A stretch of 64,000 bases of DNA from an uncultured Gemmatimonadales bacterium (GTDB taxonomy: Bacteria; Gemmatimonadota; Gemmatimonadetes; Longimicrobiales; Gaopeijiaceae), in the NCBI GenBank assembly GCA_963823035.1, contig CAWGKG010000005.1, positions 1 through 64,000 of the forward strand, written 5' to 3'. Under the pieces are notes generated by a model that saw only the letters and a program-made list of their open reading frames with translations, was not told the origin of the DNA and made no database searches. A program made the translations under genes and the position numbers. Below are positions 8,836 to 18,254 of this stretch, in pieces (the stretch's first letter is position 1; the number at the start of each line of letters is the position of its first letter).

Positions 8836-11097
8836 TCAGAAGCCGAACGTGTGCGTGTACTTGACGATCAGGCTGCGGGCCAGCGACCGGGGAAGCTCGG
8901 GCGCACCCGGGTCCACCCGTCGATCCGTGGCCAACCCTTCGTTGTAGACCAGCCAGAGGTCCGTCCCCTCGGCGAAGTTGTAGCGCAGACGGACGTTCAG
9001 GTCCAGCCGATCGTCGACCGAATCGTACTGGACGAAGGCGTTGCCCGAGGCGCGCGCGTCCAGCGCCGTGCGCACGCGGAGGCGGACCAGGTGGACGTCG
9101 ACCGCCTGGTCACGGTCCGGGAAGCGGATGCGGCTCAGCTGGTAGTCCGCGCCGAGCTCCATGTGGCGGGACAGGTTCCAGGTGGGCGTCAGCACGAGTT
9201 GCACCCGGGTGCCGTCGAAGAAGGTCCCGGCACGCAGGTCCATGTCGGTGCGCAGCCGTCGCCCCGTGCTCATCGACAGGTAGAGCTGGAGGTCGGCGTA
9301 GGTATAGGCGCCCACGGGGACCCCGGCGCCGTCCCCCAGCCCGAAGGCCGTCGCGACGTCCTCGTGGAAGAGCTTGGGTTCGAGCCATCCACCGCCGCCA
9401 CCCTTGGTCTCCCATTGCACCCAGGCGGCGTACTGGGACGATTCGAGCGCCCCGTCCGCGTTGCGGAACGTCGAGAAGGCCAGCATGCCCGGCCACACGC
9501 GGCGAAAGACCGGGTGATCGTCCGTGAAGAGGTACCAGTTGGCCAGCACGTTCACGGTGGTGAAGTCGCGGCGGGGGGCGAACCCCACGGCGGGATCCCA
9601 TGCGTCTCCGGCGCGCGCCGCCTCCAGGGTGTAGGCGAGCCCTCGGTTCGCTCGACGCTGCCAGCGGGCGTTCCAGACGCTCCGGCCCGCGACGTCGACG
9701 GAGGCGGGCTCGTCGTCGGAGGCGCTCGCCGCCCACTTCAGCGTCAGGTAGTCGTCGCCGAACAGGCGGAAGGTGCCGTCGACACCCAGCGCACCCCTCC
9801 GCGCGCCGGCGCCGGAGCGGCCCGTGGCCATCAGCCCCACGGTGGAGTAGTCGTTGAGCACACGTCGGCGAAGGCGCCCCACCGTGAAGCGCTCGCCCGC
9901 GAGCCCGCCCGCGGCGGTCGTCTCCATGCCGAGCAGCCCCACGTCCCACTCCCCGAGCCGTCCGACCACGCGGCCGCCTCCACGGACCGGAACCGGGATG
10001 CGGTCGTCGGTCAGCCCGATGCGCCGCGAGTGGAAGAGACGACCTCCTCCGCCCGTGGTGAACTCGAAGATCCCCGAGCGCTCCTGGAAGAACCTGCGCT
10101 TCTCCGGATAGAACAGAGGGAAGCGGTCGAGGTTGACCTGCTGGTCGTCGGCCTCCACCTGCGCGAAGTCCGTGTTGGCGGTCAGGTCGACGGTCAGGTT
10201 GCTCGTGAGGCCGTATTGGACGTCGCCACCGACCTGGGTCTGCCGATCCGTGACCGACCGATACGGCGCGCCGCCCGCTCCGTCCGGCATCGTGACGCGG
10301 CTCCGACCGCCGAGGACGTAGGGGGTCAGGCGGAGCGGATTCCTCGTCCGTACCCCCTCCAGCGACACGTCGCGGGCCCGAGACGGCTGACGGAACTGGA
10401 AGGCGGGATCGATCGCGGGGAAGGTGACGCGCTCGTTGAGACGAGACACGAGGCGAGTGACCGTAAGCCCCATCACGGCCTTGCCTTCCGCGTCTACCTG
10501 GAAACCCAGGGTGGAGAAGGGGATGCGTACCTCGGCGAACCATCCGTCGTCGGTCACGGTCGTGCGTGCGTCCCAGAAGCCGTCCCAGCTACCGTTCAGG
10601 GTGGCGCCGTCGTCCGACACCAGGAGGTCGAAGCGGATGCCGGCGGGCGTGGTGCCGAACCACTTCGCGTTCTCGTTGTCGTTGAACGCGTCGACGTAGA
10701 TCGCGAAGGCGTCGTCGCCGTTCCACCGATCGCGGTAGAGGGAGTTGACGCGAACGCCCTCCGCGTCGCCGTCATGGAACCACCCGGCGAACCAGAGCGC
10801 GTCGTCGTCGTAGGCCACCCGGATCTCCGTGCGCTCGCGGGGCGTTCCGCGGAACACGGGGAGGTACATCGTCAGCGGCAAGGACGGCACGGCCTGCCAT
10901 GCCGGGTCGTCGAGCCTACCGTCGAGCACGATCGGCGCGGTCAGCCTCGTGAGCGGAAGGGGGAGCGCGTCCTCCCCGCGCGCGTCGGCCGCGCCGGCGC
11001 CCCCCGACGTCTGTGCCACCCCGGTGCGGGCCGTACCCGCGCTCAGCGCGATGCCCACGGCACACGCGAGCGTCCTCTCCCATCCCCCCATGCCCAT
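8836..11097 (-). CDS. DUF5916 / carbohydrate-binding family 9-like outer-membrane protein
   Basis: Signal peptide, LDGRLDDPAW, WFAEVRIPFSTL, NTDFAQVEADDQQVNLDRFPLFYPEKRRFFQE; C-terminal Phe. Confidence 0.8.
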   Translation of the reverse strand: MGMGGWERTLACAVGIALSAGTARTGVAQTSGGAGAADARGEDALPLPLTRLTAPIVLDGRLDDPAWQAVPSLPLTMYLPVFRGTPRERTEIRVAYDDDALWFAGWFHDGDAEGVRVNSLYRDRWNGDDAFAIYVDAFNDNENAKWFGTTPAGIRFDLLVSDDGATLNGSWDGFWDARTTVTDDGWFAEVRIPFSTLGFQVDAEGKAVMGLTVTRLVSRLNERVTFPAIDPAFQFRQPSRARDVSLEGVRTRNPLRLTPYVLGGRSRVTMPDGAGGAPYRSVTDRQTQVGGDVQYGLTSNLTVDLTANTDFAQVEADDQQVNLDRFPLFYPEKRRFFQERSGIFEFTTGGGGRLFHSRRIGLTDDRIPVPVRGGGRVVGRLGEWDVGLLGMETTAAGGLAGERFTVGRLRRRVLNDYSTVGLMATGRSGAGARRGALGVDGTFRLFGDDYLTLKWAASASDDEPASVDVAGRSVWNARWQRRANRGLAYTLEAARAGDAWDPAVGFAPRRDFTTVNVLANWYLFTDDHPVFRRVWPGMLAFSTFRNADGALESSQYAAWVQWETKGGGGGWLEPKLFHEDVATAFGLGDGAGVPVGAYTYADLQLYLSMSTGRRLRTDMDLRAGTFFDGTRVQLVLTPTWNLSRHMELGADYQLSRIRFPDRDQAVDVHLVRLRVRTALDARASGNAFVQYDSVDDRLDLNVRLRYNFAEGTDLWLVYNEGLATDRRVDPGAPELPRSLARSLIVKYTHTFGF

Positions 11098-11140
11098 CCT
11101 CCCGTCGCCGTGTGGACCTCGCCGCCACCCGTGCCCCCGC

Positions 11141-12292
11141 TCAGGGCTCGATGACCTCGATCCCGTCGCGATCCTCGATCCTGCCCATCAGCCCCCACCC
11201 ACCAAAGACGTCGCTCACCGCCACGACCACGTCGTGCTCCCCCGGCGTGAGCGCCAGATGCACGGTCGCCTGGTCCGGCGTGATGAGTCCGTCGCGACGC
11301 GGGAAGTTGTGGCTGTAGGAAAAGCGGCCGGTGAAGATCGGCCGGCCGTCCAGGAAGACCGTGGCGTCGTCGCTGTAGCCCAGGTCCAGGCGCACCGTGC
11401 GCGCCCGTCGCGCCCGGAGGCGGAAGCGCGCGAAGGCGAGGGCCGGTCCCCTTTCGGGTCGCTCCAGCTCCCGATCCAGGGAGACGAGGCCGGAGGGGGC
11501 CGCCTCGGCGAGGCTCCATGCGGACGTCGCGAGGCCCTGCGGCAGCGCATCCAGCTCGGCCGCCTCACCCTCACGCGGGGTCGAAAGCTCCCAACGACGG
11601 ATCACCGCCGCATCGGCCGCCTCGGGCTCCGGAGCGGGGAAGTCGTAGGTGGTGACGCCCGGCAGCACCCTCACGTCGGCCAGGGATACCGTCCAGGGGT
11701 CCGCCGCCGTGGCGCCCGGCTGGCTGGCCCAGAAGCCGAACCCGCCGCTGCTTCGGCCCGTGTGCAGCCGGCCCACCCGGAGATCGGGCGAGGTGGCATC
11801 GCCCAGGAAGATCGCCGCCTGCCGCCCCTTCACCTCGATACGGACGTGCTGCCACGCGCCCGGATGGTAGGCGGCGAACGCCGTGGCGTCCGGGCCGTGG
11901 TGCAGCTGCCACTGGCCGACGCCCCGGAAGGCCGGGTTGTACTGGATCGCGTCCGGCAGCCCCGACTTGTGTGGGCGGAAGTAGACATCCTCGTACGTCC
12001 CGTCCTCGCCGATGCGGAGCTTCACGCCGACGAACGTGCGCCGGTCGCCGACCTTCATGTCGAATTCGACCGTTCCGTCGGACAGCACGAAGCCACGCCG
12101 CCGGACGTCCGCCTGCCTCAGGTTCAGCACAGCGCGGCCGTCCACGACCCCGGGGGTGCCGTCGCCCCGGATCTCCCACCCCCCGTCGTCCATGGGGAGC
12201 GTTCCCTCCTGGGCATGCGCGCATGCCGCACTGCCCAGCAGCGCGCACAGCATCCCGAGGCCGCCCGTCACCCGTCTCTTCGTCTTGCGCAT
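11141..12292 (-). CDS. Secreted hypothetical protein (lectin/jelly-roll-like domains)
   Basis: Signal-peptide-like start, YFRPHKSGLPDAIQYNP, LGYSDDATVFLDG; co-oriented with the DUF5916 gene. Confidence 0.6.
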   Translation of the reverse strand: MRKTKRRVTGGLGMLCALLGSAACAHAQEGTLPMDDGGWEIRGDGTPGVVDGRAVLNLRQADVRRRGFVLSDGTVEFDMKVGDRRTFVGVKLRIGEDGTYEDVYFRPHKSGLPDAIQYNPAFRGVGQWQLHHGPDATAFAAYHPGAWQHVRIEVKGRQAAIFLGDATSPDLRVGRLHTGRSSGGFGFWASQPGATAADPWTVSLADVRVLPGVTTYDFPAPEPEAADAAVIRRWELSTPREGEAAELDALPQGLATSAWSLAEAAPSGLVSLDRELERPERGPALAFARFRLRARRARTVRLDLGYSDDATVFLDGRPIFTGRFSYSHNFPRRDGLITPDQATVHLALTPGEHDVVVAVSDVFGGWGLMGRIEDRDGIEVIEP

Positions 12293-12572
12293 CCCGACCT
12301 CCCCGTCACCGGTTCGGGCGCCACCCGCCCCGTCGCGCTCGGCGCCCCTGTCCTTGCGAACCCTGGCGGGGGAAGGAGGCGGCGCCAGCCCCCGGACGGT
12401 GAACGGTGGAACGCGCCCGACGAACGGTGGAGGAACCGCCGCCGGCGGCCCTCACCGTCCCCGGTCCCACCTGCCGCGGCGCTACCACGGGTGGGGCGGC
12501 ACCGCGGCGTCCGGGATAGCTTGGAGGGGAGGGGCGTTGTGCAAATCGTCCACGCCGATTCGTCGAATGCCC

Positions 12573-13142
12573 ATGAGCCGATCAGCATCGCCCGACGGGA
12601 CGGGGCCGGCCGGACCGCGATCCGCAACGCCCCCACGCACGGACTGGGAGGCGGTCTACCGTGCCGTCTATCCCGACGTCCGGCGCTTCCTCGCCTGGAT
12701 GCTGCGGGACGACGAGCGCGCCCAGGACCTGGCTCAGGAGGCGTTCGCGCGCCTCCTGGGACGGCAGGCCGACAATCCCAGAGGCCTGGTCTTCCGGACC
12801 GCGTCCAACCTCGCACGTGACGAGGCTCGGTCGATCGTTCGACGCCGCCGCCACCTGAAGCTCCTGCGCGTCGAGGAGGACGTCCGTGCGGAGCGGACAA
12901 CCACGCCGGCCCGGGAGCTGGAGGCGCGCGAGCGGGCCGGGCGCCTGCGGCGCGCGCTCGACGCGCTCTCCGAGACGGACCGTGAGGTACTCCTGCTCTG
13001 GAACGCGGGACTCAACTACGCCGAGATCGCGGAGCAGACGGGGCTCGCCCACGGGGCCATCGGGACCACGGTGGCCCGGGCCAAGAAGAAACTCGTGAGC
13101 GCGCACGACGCGCTGGAAGGCAGTGATGCGGCACTTGGATGA
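12573..13142 (+). CDS. ECF sigma-70 factor
   Basis: AQDLAQEAFARL region 2; LNYAEIAEQTG..GTTVARAKKKL region 4. Confidence 0.88.
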   Translation: MSRSASPDGTGPAGPRSATPPRTDWEAVYRAVYPDVRRFLAWMLRDDERAQDLAQEAFARLLGRQADNPRGLVFRTASNLARDEARSIVRRRRHLKLLRVEEDVRAERTTTPARELEARERAGRLRRALDALSETDREVLLLWNAGLNYAEIAEQTGLAHGAIGTTVARAKKKLVSAHDALEGSDAALG

Positions 13143-14199
13143 GGGGACCCTGCAGGCCTGGCTGGACCGGGACCGCTCGGGGCTGAGCGCCTCCGAGCGC
13201 ACCGAGATCGAGCACCACCTGGCGGCTTGCGCCGCGTGCACGCGGCGCCTGGAAGAGACGGAGGAACTGTCGAGCCGGGCCGAGGTGCTGCTCGGTACGC
13301 GAGCGCCGAAGTACGACGCGGTGCCCACGTATGCGGAGTTGGTGGCGCGCGCCGACCGATACCGCGCCGCTGGGCGCCGGCGGTCCGCATGGACCGCGGG
13401 GGGATGGGCGGCCAGCGTCGCCGTCGCGCTGGGCGTCGGTTGGATGGCCAACGACCTCTACCGCGCCGACCCGGTAGCCCGCGCCATGGAGGAGAGGGTC
13501 GAGGCGCCCGCCGCCGCGGCGACCCCGCCGCCCGCCCTCGTGCGCGGTCGCGTGACCGATGGTTCCGGCCGCCCGTTGGCGGCGGCTCAGGTCGTCGTCG
13601 ACGGGACGCACCTCGGGACGCTGACGCGAGACGACGGCACGTTCACCCTCTCCCTCGAGGGCATGCCCGCCGACTCGGCGATCGAAGAGGTCACGGTCAC
13701 GGCGCAGCTCATCGGATTCGAGAAGGAGAGCCGCGCCCTGGCCGTTCGGGGAACCGACGTCGCCTCCGCGGACTTCCGGCTCGAGCCGCAAGCCCTCGCC
13801 CTGGACCAGGTCGTGACCGGTGCGGCGGCGCCGGGCGTCACGTCCGGACCCCAGGAGATCCTCCTCGCGCCCGGCGGAGACGAGCGCGCCTGGACCGTGA
13901 CGAGCCGCGCGGAGGCGGAGGAGCGGGCGGGCTTCCGGCTCGTCACGGTCCCGGATCTGAGGGTGATCCGGATCCAGGTGGAGGAGACGGCGGACGTGAC
14001 GCTCGTGCGTGTCGTCCAGGAGCTCGGGGAAGGCAACGTGCTGGACCTCGTGGAAGGGCGGGGGACGTTGCGCTTCGACGCCACGGCGCCCGAGGACGGC
14101 CGGTCCCGTGCAACCATCCGGCGGGGGGGCGTATCGGTCGCGGCGGCCGCCCCGGTCACCATGGATGCGTTGAGGGCGTTGCTCGAGCGCGTGCGTTGA
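13126..14199 (+). CDS. Zinc-finger (HxxxCxxC) anti-sigma factor with carboxypeptidase-regulatory-like domain
   Basis: HLAACAAC, TM segment WAASVAVALGVGW, VRGRVTDGSGRPLAAAQVVV; overlaps the sigma stop. Confidence 0.8.
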   Translation: MRHLDEGTLQAWLDRDRSGLSASERTEIEHHLAACAACTRRLEETEELSSRAEVLLGTRAPKYDAVPTYAELVARADRYRAAGRRRSAWTAGGWAASVAVALGVGWMANDLYRADPVARAMEERVEAPAAAATPPPALVRGRVTDGSGRPLAAAQVVVDGTHLGTLTRDDGTFTLSLEGMPADSAIEEVTVTAQLIGFEKESRALAVRGTDVASADFRLEPQALALDQVVTGAAAPGVTSGPQEILLAPGGDERAWTVTSRAEAEERAGFRLVTVPDLRVIRIQVEETADVTLVRVVQELGEGNVLDLVEGRGTLRFDATAPEDGRSRATIRRGGVSVAAAAPVTMDALRALLERVR

Positions 14200-14223
14200 T
14201 AGGGACGGCCCGGTACCCGGCGC

Positions 14224-14252
14224 TTGCACGGGGTGCCGAACGGACCGAGACT
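14224..14252 (+). promoter_or_regulatory. Possible tRNA promoter
   Basis: TTGCAC-17 nt-GAGACT, 26 nt upstream of the tRNA. Confidence 0.3.
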
Positions 14253-14278
14253 CACCCGAACACGGCTCCACGCTTTGC

Positions 14279-14362
14279 GCCGGGGTGGCGAAATCGGTAG
14301 ACGCAGGGGACTTAAAATCCCCTGGGAGCAATCCCGTCTGGGTTCGAGTCCCAGCCCCGGCA
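14279..14362 (+). tRNA. tRNA-Leu(UAA), CCA not encoded
   Basis: GCCGGGG/CCCCGGC acceptor stem, GGGGA-CTTAAAA-TCCCC anticodon arm, long variable arm, GGTTCGAGTCC T-loop. Confidence 0.96.
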
Positions 14363-15613
14363 CTTGGTAAGTGCTTGACAACATATGCGTTACGAGATCA
14401 TAGCCCGAGTGTCTTCGGACGGCCTCGTGATGCCTGGTACGACGCCTCGGTACGGACGCGGTACGAGCCGTGGGCCGCACTCTCGTTTAGGGGGCTCGAC
14501 GAAGAGTACCGGGTGAGAAACGGGAGAGACGTTGACAGATGTCGGATCGACGGCGGCCCGGTGGGCCCGAGACGGATTAACGACCGACCGCACTCCGCCA
14601 GGCATCGAACTCAGCAGGGCACAGTTTCCTCCTCCGGCGGTGGTGGTGGGGGCCCCCAGCGCCATGACGGGGGGAAGGGAATCGGGGTTTCCCCGAGTTG
14701 ACGGTACGTGGGCGGCGCTGTAGCCTGGCAGAGGGCCAATGGAGTTGTTGTGCCGAGATGTCCACTGGGCGCTGCAGGTGTGCTGGTATGCTCAGCCGAT
14801 CGCCGATTACCGCGGCGGGCCTCGCTCGGGCCGGCGCAGGCCTCTGGGTGGTGCTGGCGTGGCGGCGGTGCAGACGGCGGGGGGCGGCATGCGCCGGTTG
14901 ATCGGAGTGCTTGCGTTTGCTGCGGCGCGTCACCCACGACCTCATGACGGTCCTGGCCTATCGTAGGCTGGCCCTTCATGCACGAGCGCCCGGTCCTTGA
15001 GCCGTCCGTGCGCCATCCCCCCGGGCGGATGTGATGCTCGGCACCCACAGCCGCGATGACCAGCAGGGCTTTCACCTTCTCCTCGGGCAGCCCGATCGAC
15101 CGGAGCACCGCCCCGAGGTCCGTGGGCTCGCCGTTCTCCGGCCCGCGCCCGCCGCGCCCTCGAGCTCGCTCCCTGGCCGAGGCGGTCTCGGTTAACACGT
15201 CGGGGTCCCGTCCATCCATATAGATCCGCTCGCGCGTCGCTGAACCTGGGATCCAACCCCCGCCAGCATCTCGGACGCGCTCGTCCTGGGTCTCACGGCG
15301 CATCCGATCGGTGGAGCGGCGGCGAATCCCGTGCACGCTGAGCGCACGCTAGCTCGCGCGCCTCGCCTCGCTCGCCGAACGCCAGGGCCTGCCCCGGGCC
15401 ATCGCGTGGTGTGAGGCGGAACGCAAGAAGCTGCCCGAGCCGCCTGGCCTCTTCGCCCGGCTTCGGACTGTGCTCTCGCGCTCGAATCAGCCGGCCCCGA
15501 CCCGCAAGGTGGGCCGAGCCCGCGCGCCAGCACGATTCACAACGACCGGTCGACCGCTGGCCGGTTCGATCGCGGCTCCTCGATTTCTGTTGAGCCCCGC
15601 CTCGAGCGGATGC

Positions 15614-15748
15614 TCACGTCCGGTAGTTTGCGATCCGCGAGCCGACGACCGGGAACGCCACGACGAGCAGCAGGATCCCGCTCATGAGTTGGGCGCACAC
15701 GGCCCAGCGGGCTGGGCCGGTCGCGAGCTGAAAGTCGCCGTAGCCGAG
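15614..15748 (-). pseudogene. 3' remnant of a K+ channel pore (GYGD) gene, fused to IS3 orfA
   Basis: LGYGDFQLATGPARWAVCAQLMSGILLLVVAF: selectivity-filter motif followed by a hydrophobic helix. Confidence 0.55.
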
Positions 15749-15999
15749 CTCCCCGCGCTCCTCCGTCGTCAGGCCGTCCGTGCGACGCCCTTCATCCCGG
15801 TCCAGCTGCACGGCCCAGTTCCGGATCGTCTGCGCTGACGGCTCGAACTCCCTGGCCAGCTTCTCCGGCGTGCGCCCGGCCCGGCCTAGCTCCACCATCT
15901 GACGACGGAACTCCCCAGGATACGGCGGTCTCGTTCGTGGCATCGTGGTCTCCCTCCTCTTCCCAAGAGGTGAGGTCTCCACGAAACCGGGTCAACTCC
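15746..15999 (-). mobile_element. IS3-family left end + truncated orfA (copy 1)
   Basis: MPRTRPPYPGEFRRQMVEL..LAREFEPSAQTIRNW HTH_Tnp_1; end GGAGTTGACCCGGTTTCGTGGAGAC; near-identical to 25866-26119; no orfB. Confidence 0.85.
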
Positions 16000-16042
16000 A
16001 CTCGACGCCTCCACCCGAACCGACCCGGGTCGGTGGACGCGC

Positions 16043-16417
16043 ATGCGCCTGCTCTACGAGGCGGGCCGCGACGAAGAGGCCCGCGTGCTTCAGCGCGCCC
16101 TCCCGGCGGATGCCGCTCGTGCCCTCGACTACCGCGCGATGTCGGGCCTCCTCGCTGCACGTGGTGGGGACGAAGCTACGGCGCGGAGCATCGACGCCGA
16201 GCTTTCGGCGATCGATGGCCCCTGGCTCTTCGGCGAACCGACCTTCTGGCGTGCGCGCATCCACGCGGTCCTCGGCGACGACGACGCGCTGGATCTCCTG
16301 CGCGCCGCCTTCGCCCAGGGGCAGGGGGCGCAGGCGTGGCACGACGTGCACGTGTCGCGTGACTTTGACGGGCTGCGCGGGAACCCCGCCTTCGAAGCGT
16401 GGGTCCGACCACGCTGA
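16043..16417 (+). pseudogene. C-terminal TPR-like fragment, probably truncated by the IS
   Basis: WRARIHAVLGD..LLRAAFAQG..DFDGLRGNPAFEAWVRPR resembles C-termini of TPR kinase/cyclase proteins; begins next to the IS end. Confidence 0.55.
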
Positions 16418-16466
16418 CGATCGCGCTCAGCGGGACCGTGCGGCCCCGACCCGCACGCGCCGCCGC

Positions 16467-17435
16467 TCAACCCCCCGCCGGTACCGAGAACTCCCTCAGC
16501 AGCCCGTTCTCGTCGGCGTCGGGTACCTCCGCGATCCACGCGTACCGGCCGGGCTCCAACGTGACCGTGAAATAGCCGGTCTCGCCCGCCGGCATCTCGT
16601 TGAGCCCGCCGACGAACGTCGCCGGCGCCGGCGTCTGGAGTCCTCCGGGGCGCGTCCAGTCCATCCACCCGACCACGGCCCCCACGTCCGTGTCGTCCGC
16701 GAGACGGACGAGGTGCACGTCGTGACCCACGAAGTTCGGGTAGACCGTTTGGTCCGCGAAGTGGACGGCCACGGTCTGCTCGCCGACCACCGGATCACCG
16801 GACAGCTCGATCCCCTGCTCGGAGGAGACTGTGAGCGTGAGGTCTGCGGACGGCTCGGGGACCGACGACGGGGGACCGACGACGGTGAACTCGTGGACCA
16901 TCCCGTACGCGGTGCTGTCCGGGTTGAAGGAGTGGAAGACGCCGTCTGTCTTCACATAGCACTCCAGCAGGTACCGGCCCGCCTCCAGGTAGACGGTCGA
17001 CTGCGAAGTGCGCCCGGGCGCCGTGAGCCCCGGCCCGCCGAAGAACACGATGTCGCCGAACCAGGCGGGCAGCTCTCCGAACTTCGCGGCTGCCTCCTCC
17101 GCCCGCCCCGCGAGCATGAGGTCCAGGCCGTCCTGGAAGACGGGCGCGGCCTCCTTCTGCTGCTCCTCGATGCCGATCCCGGCGGGCATGTGCTCGACGA
17201 CCGCGAAGTGCGTCATCGTGGAGGCATTGCTGAAACGGAAGGTGGTCCATCCGGCCGGTGCCGAATCGGGCGCCTGGAAGGTGCGATCGACCGCGACGAT
17301 CTCGAACACGCCCGGATCCGAGGCGCTGGAGGCCGCAGCCGAAGCAGCGGATCCGGACGATTCGCGGTCCCCGCCACAGGCGGAGGGAAAGAGGAGCACG
17401 GCGCCGACGAGCGGAAGCGCGAAGCGGGGTCGCAT
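16467..17435 (-). CDS. Lipoprotein, two cupredoxin-like repeats
   Basis: Signal with lipobox-like PSAC; repeated VYLEAGRYLLECY and VTLEPGRYAWIAE. Confidence 0.65.
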   Translation of the reverse strand: MRPRFALPLVGAVLLFPSACGGDRESSGSAASAAASSASDPGVFEIVAVDRTFQAPDSAPAGWTTFRFSNASTMTHFAVVEHMPAGIGIEEQQKEAAPVFQDGLDLMLAGRAEEAAAKFGELPAWFGDIVFFGGPGLTAPGRTSQSTVYLEAGRYLLECYVKTDGVFHSFNPDSTAYGMVHEFTVVGPPSSVPEPSADLTLTVSSEQGIELSGDPVVGEQTVAVHFADQTVYPNFVGHDVHLVRLADDTDVGAVVGWMDWTRPGGLQTPAPATFVGGLNEMPAGETGYFTVTLEPGRYAWIAEVPDADENGLLREFSVPAGG

Positions 17436-17728
17436 GGGCGGATCTCCTGGGAGGGTGATGTTCGGTCGACGTTGTCACCCGTAGGCCGGCCGTCCGGGCG
17501 TGTCAACCCGACACGCACGAACCCCCTCACGGCCGGGGAGGCGATCCCCGGCGCTCGGGACCGCCTCCCCGCCTGGTCGATCCTCCCCGCCTCCGGCGGG
17601 TCTAGCGAGTGCTCTCCATCTCCTTCGGCATGCGCTGGAACTGGCTGCGCGTCGAGGGCGTGGGCAGCGCCGCGACGAGCGCGGAACTCGACGACGCCCC
17701 CACCTTGAGGAGCAGGAGCGCGAGGCCA

Positions 17729-18090
17729 GGGATAGGAACGCCAACCGCACGGGGGGGCTGGAAGACACGGTAGGGAGGGGGGTGGCGGGGAGCAAGGTGC
17801 TGCGCCGCGTGGGGAGGAGGTGGAGGAAGAAGGAAGGGAAGGGCGCTGGTGGGAGGGGATGGCCTGGTTGGGTCAGCAGGCTGGCGGGATGGGCGGGGAT
17901 GCGCGCGCGGTATCAGTCGTCGAAGCCAGGAGGCAGGGACTGGTCAAAGGTGAACGGCGGCTCGGGATCGGCTTCTGCGGGATCAAGAGGCGGAGGTCTG
18001 GTCGATCATCAGGAAGTCACCCTGCGGCGGTCCGCGCGCGGGAGCGGGGGGAGGGGCTGGGCAATTGGCGGTTCGGTGGGTGTGGAGTGC
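17729..18090 (-). mobile_element. IS91/ISCR-like remnant (transposase C-terminus + oriIS-like end)
   Basis: Minus strand PARGPPQGDFLMIDQT..DPEPPFTFDQSLPPGFDD* (stop 17913, frameshifted), then GCGGTTGGCGTTCCTATCC at 17748-17730. Confidence 0.55.
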
Positions 18091-18254
18091 ACGGGCGGGG
18101 CGTCACCGCCTGAGGCGTGCCGATAGCGATGACGGCCGACGCGAGGAACGCCCCGGGGGGAAAGCGAGGTACTTCGGATCTTCAGCCGCCACTCGGTGGA
18201 GGGAAGCTCCCACAGCCCCCGTTCGCGGCACTGGCCTGCGGCGCGCGGCGGAGG

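Noticed and set aside
14279..14362. bldA-like TTA-codon regulation by tRNA-Leu(UAA)
   Set aside because: Plausible in GC-rich genomes, but I could not establish any informative TTA distribution from this window.
14400..15600. Several 60-240 aa ORFs after the tRNA
   Set aside because: No recognisable motifs or consistent coding frame; treated as degraded DNA.
17534..17571. GC hairpin CGGGGAGGCG..CGCCTCCCCG
   Set aside because: Single copy, no U-tract, no assignable function.
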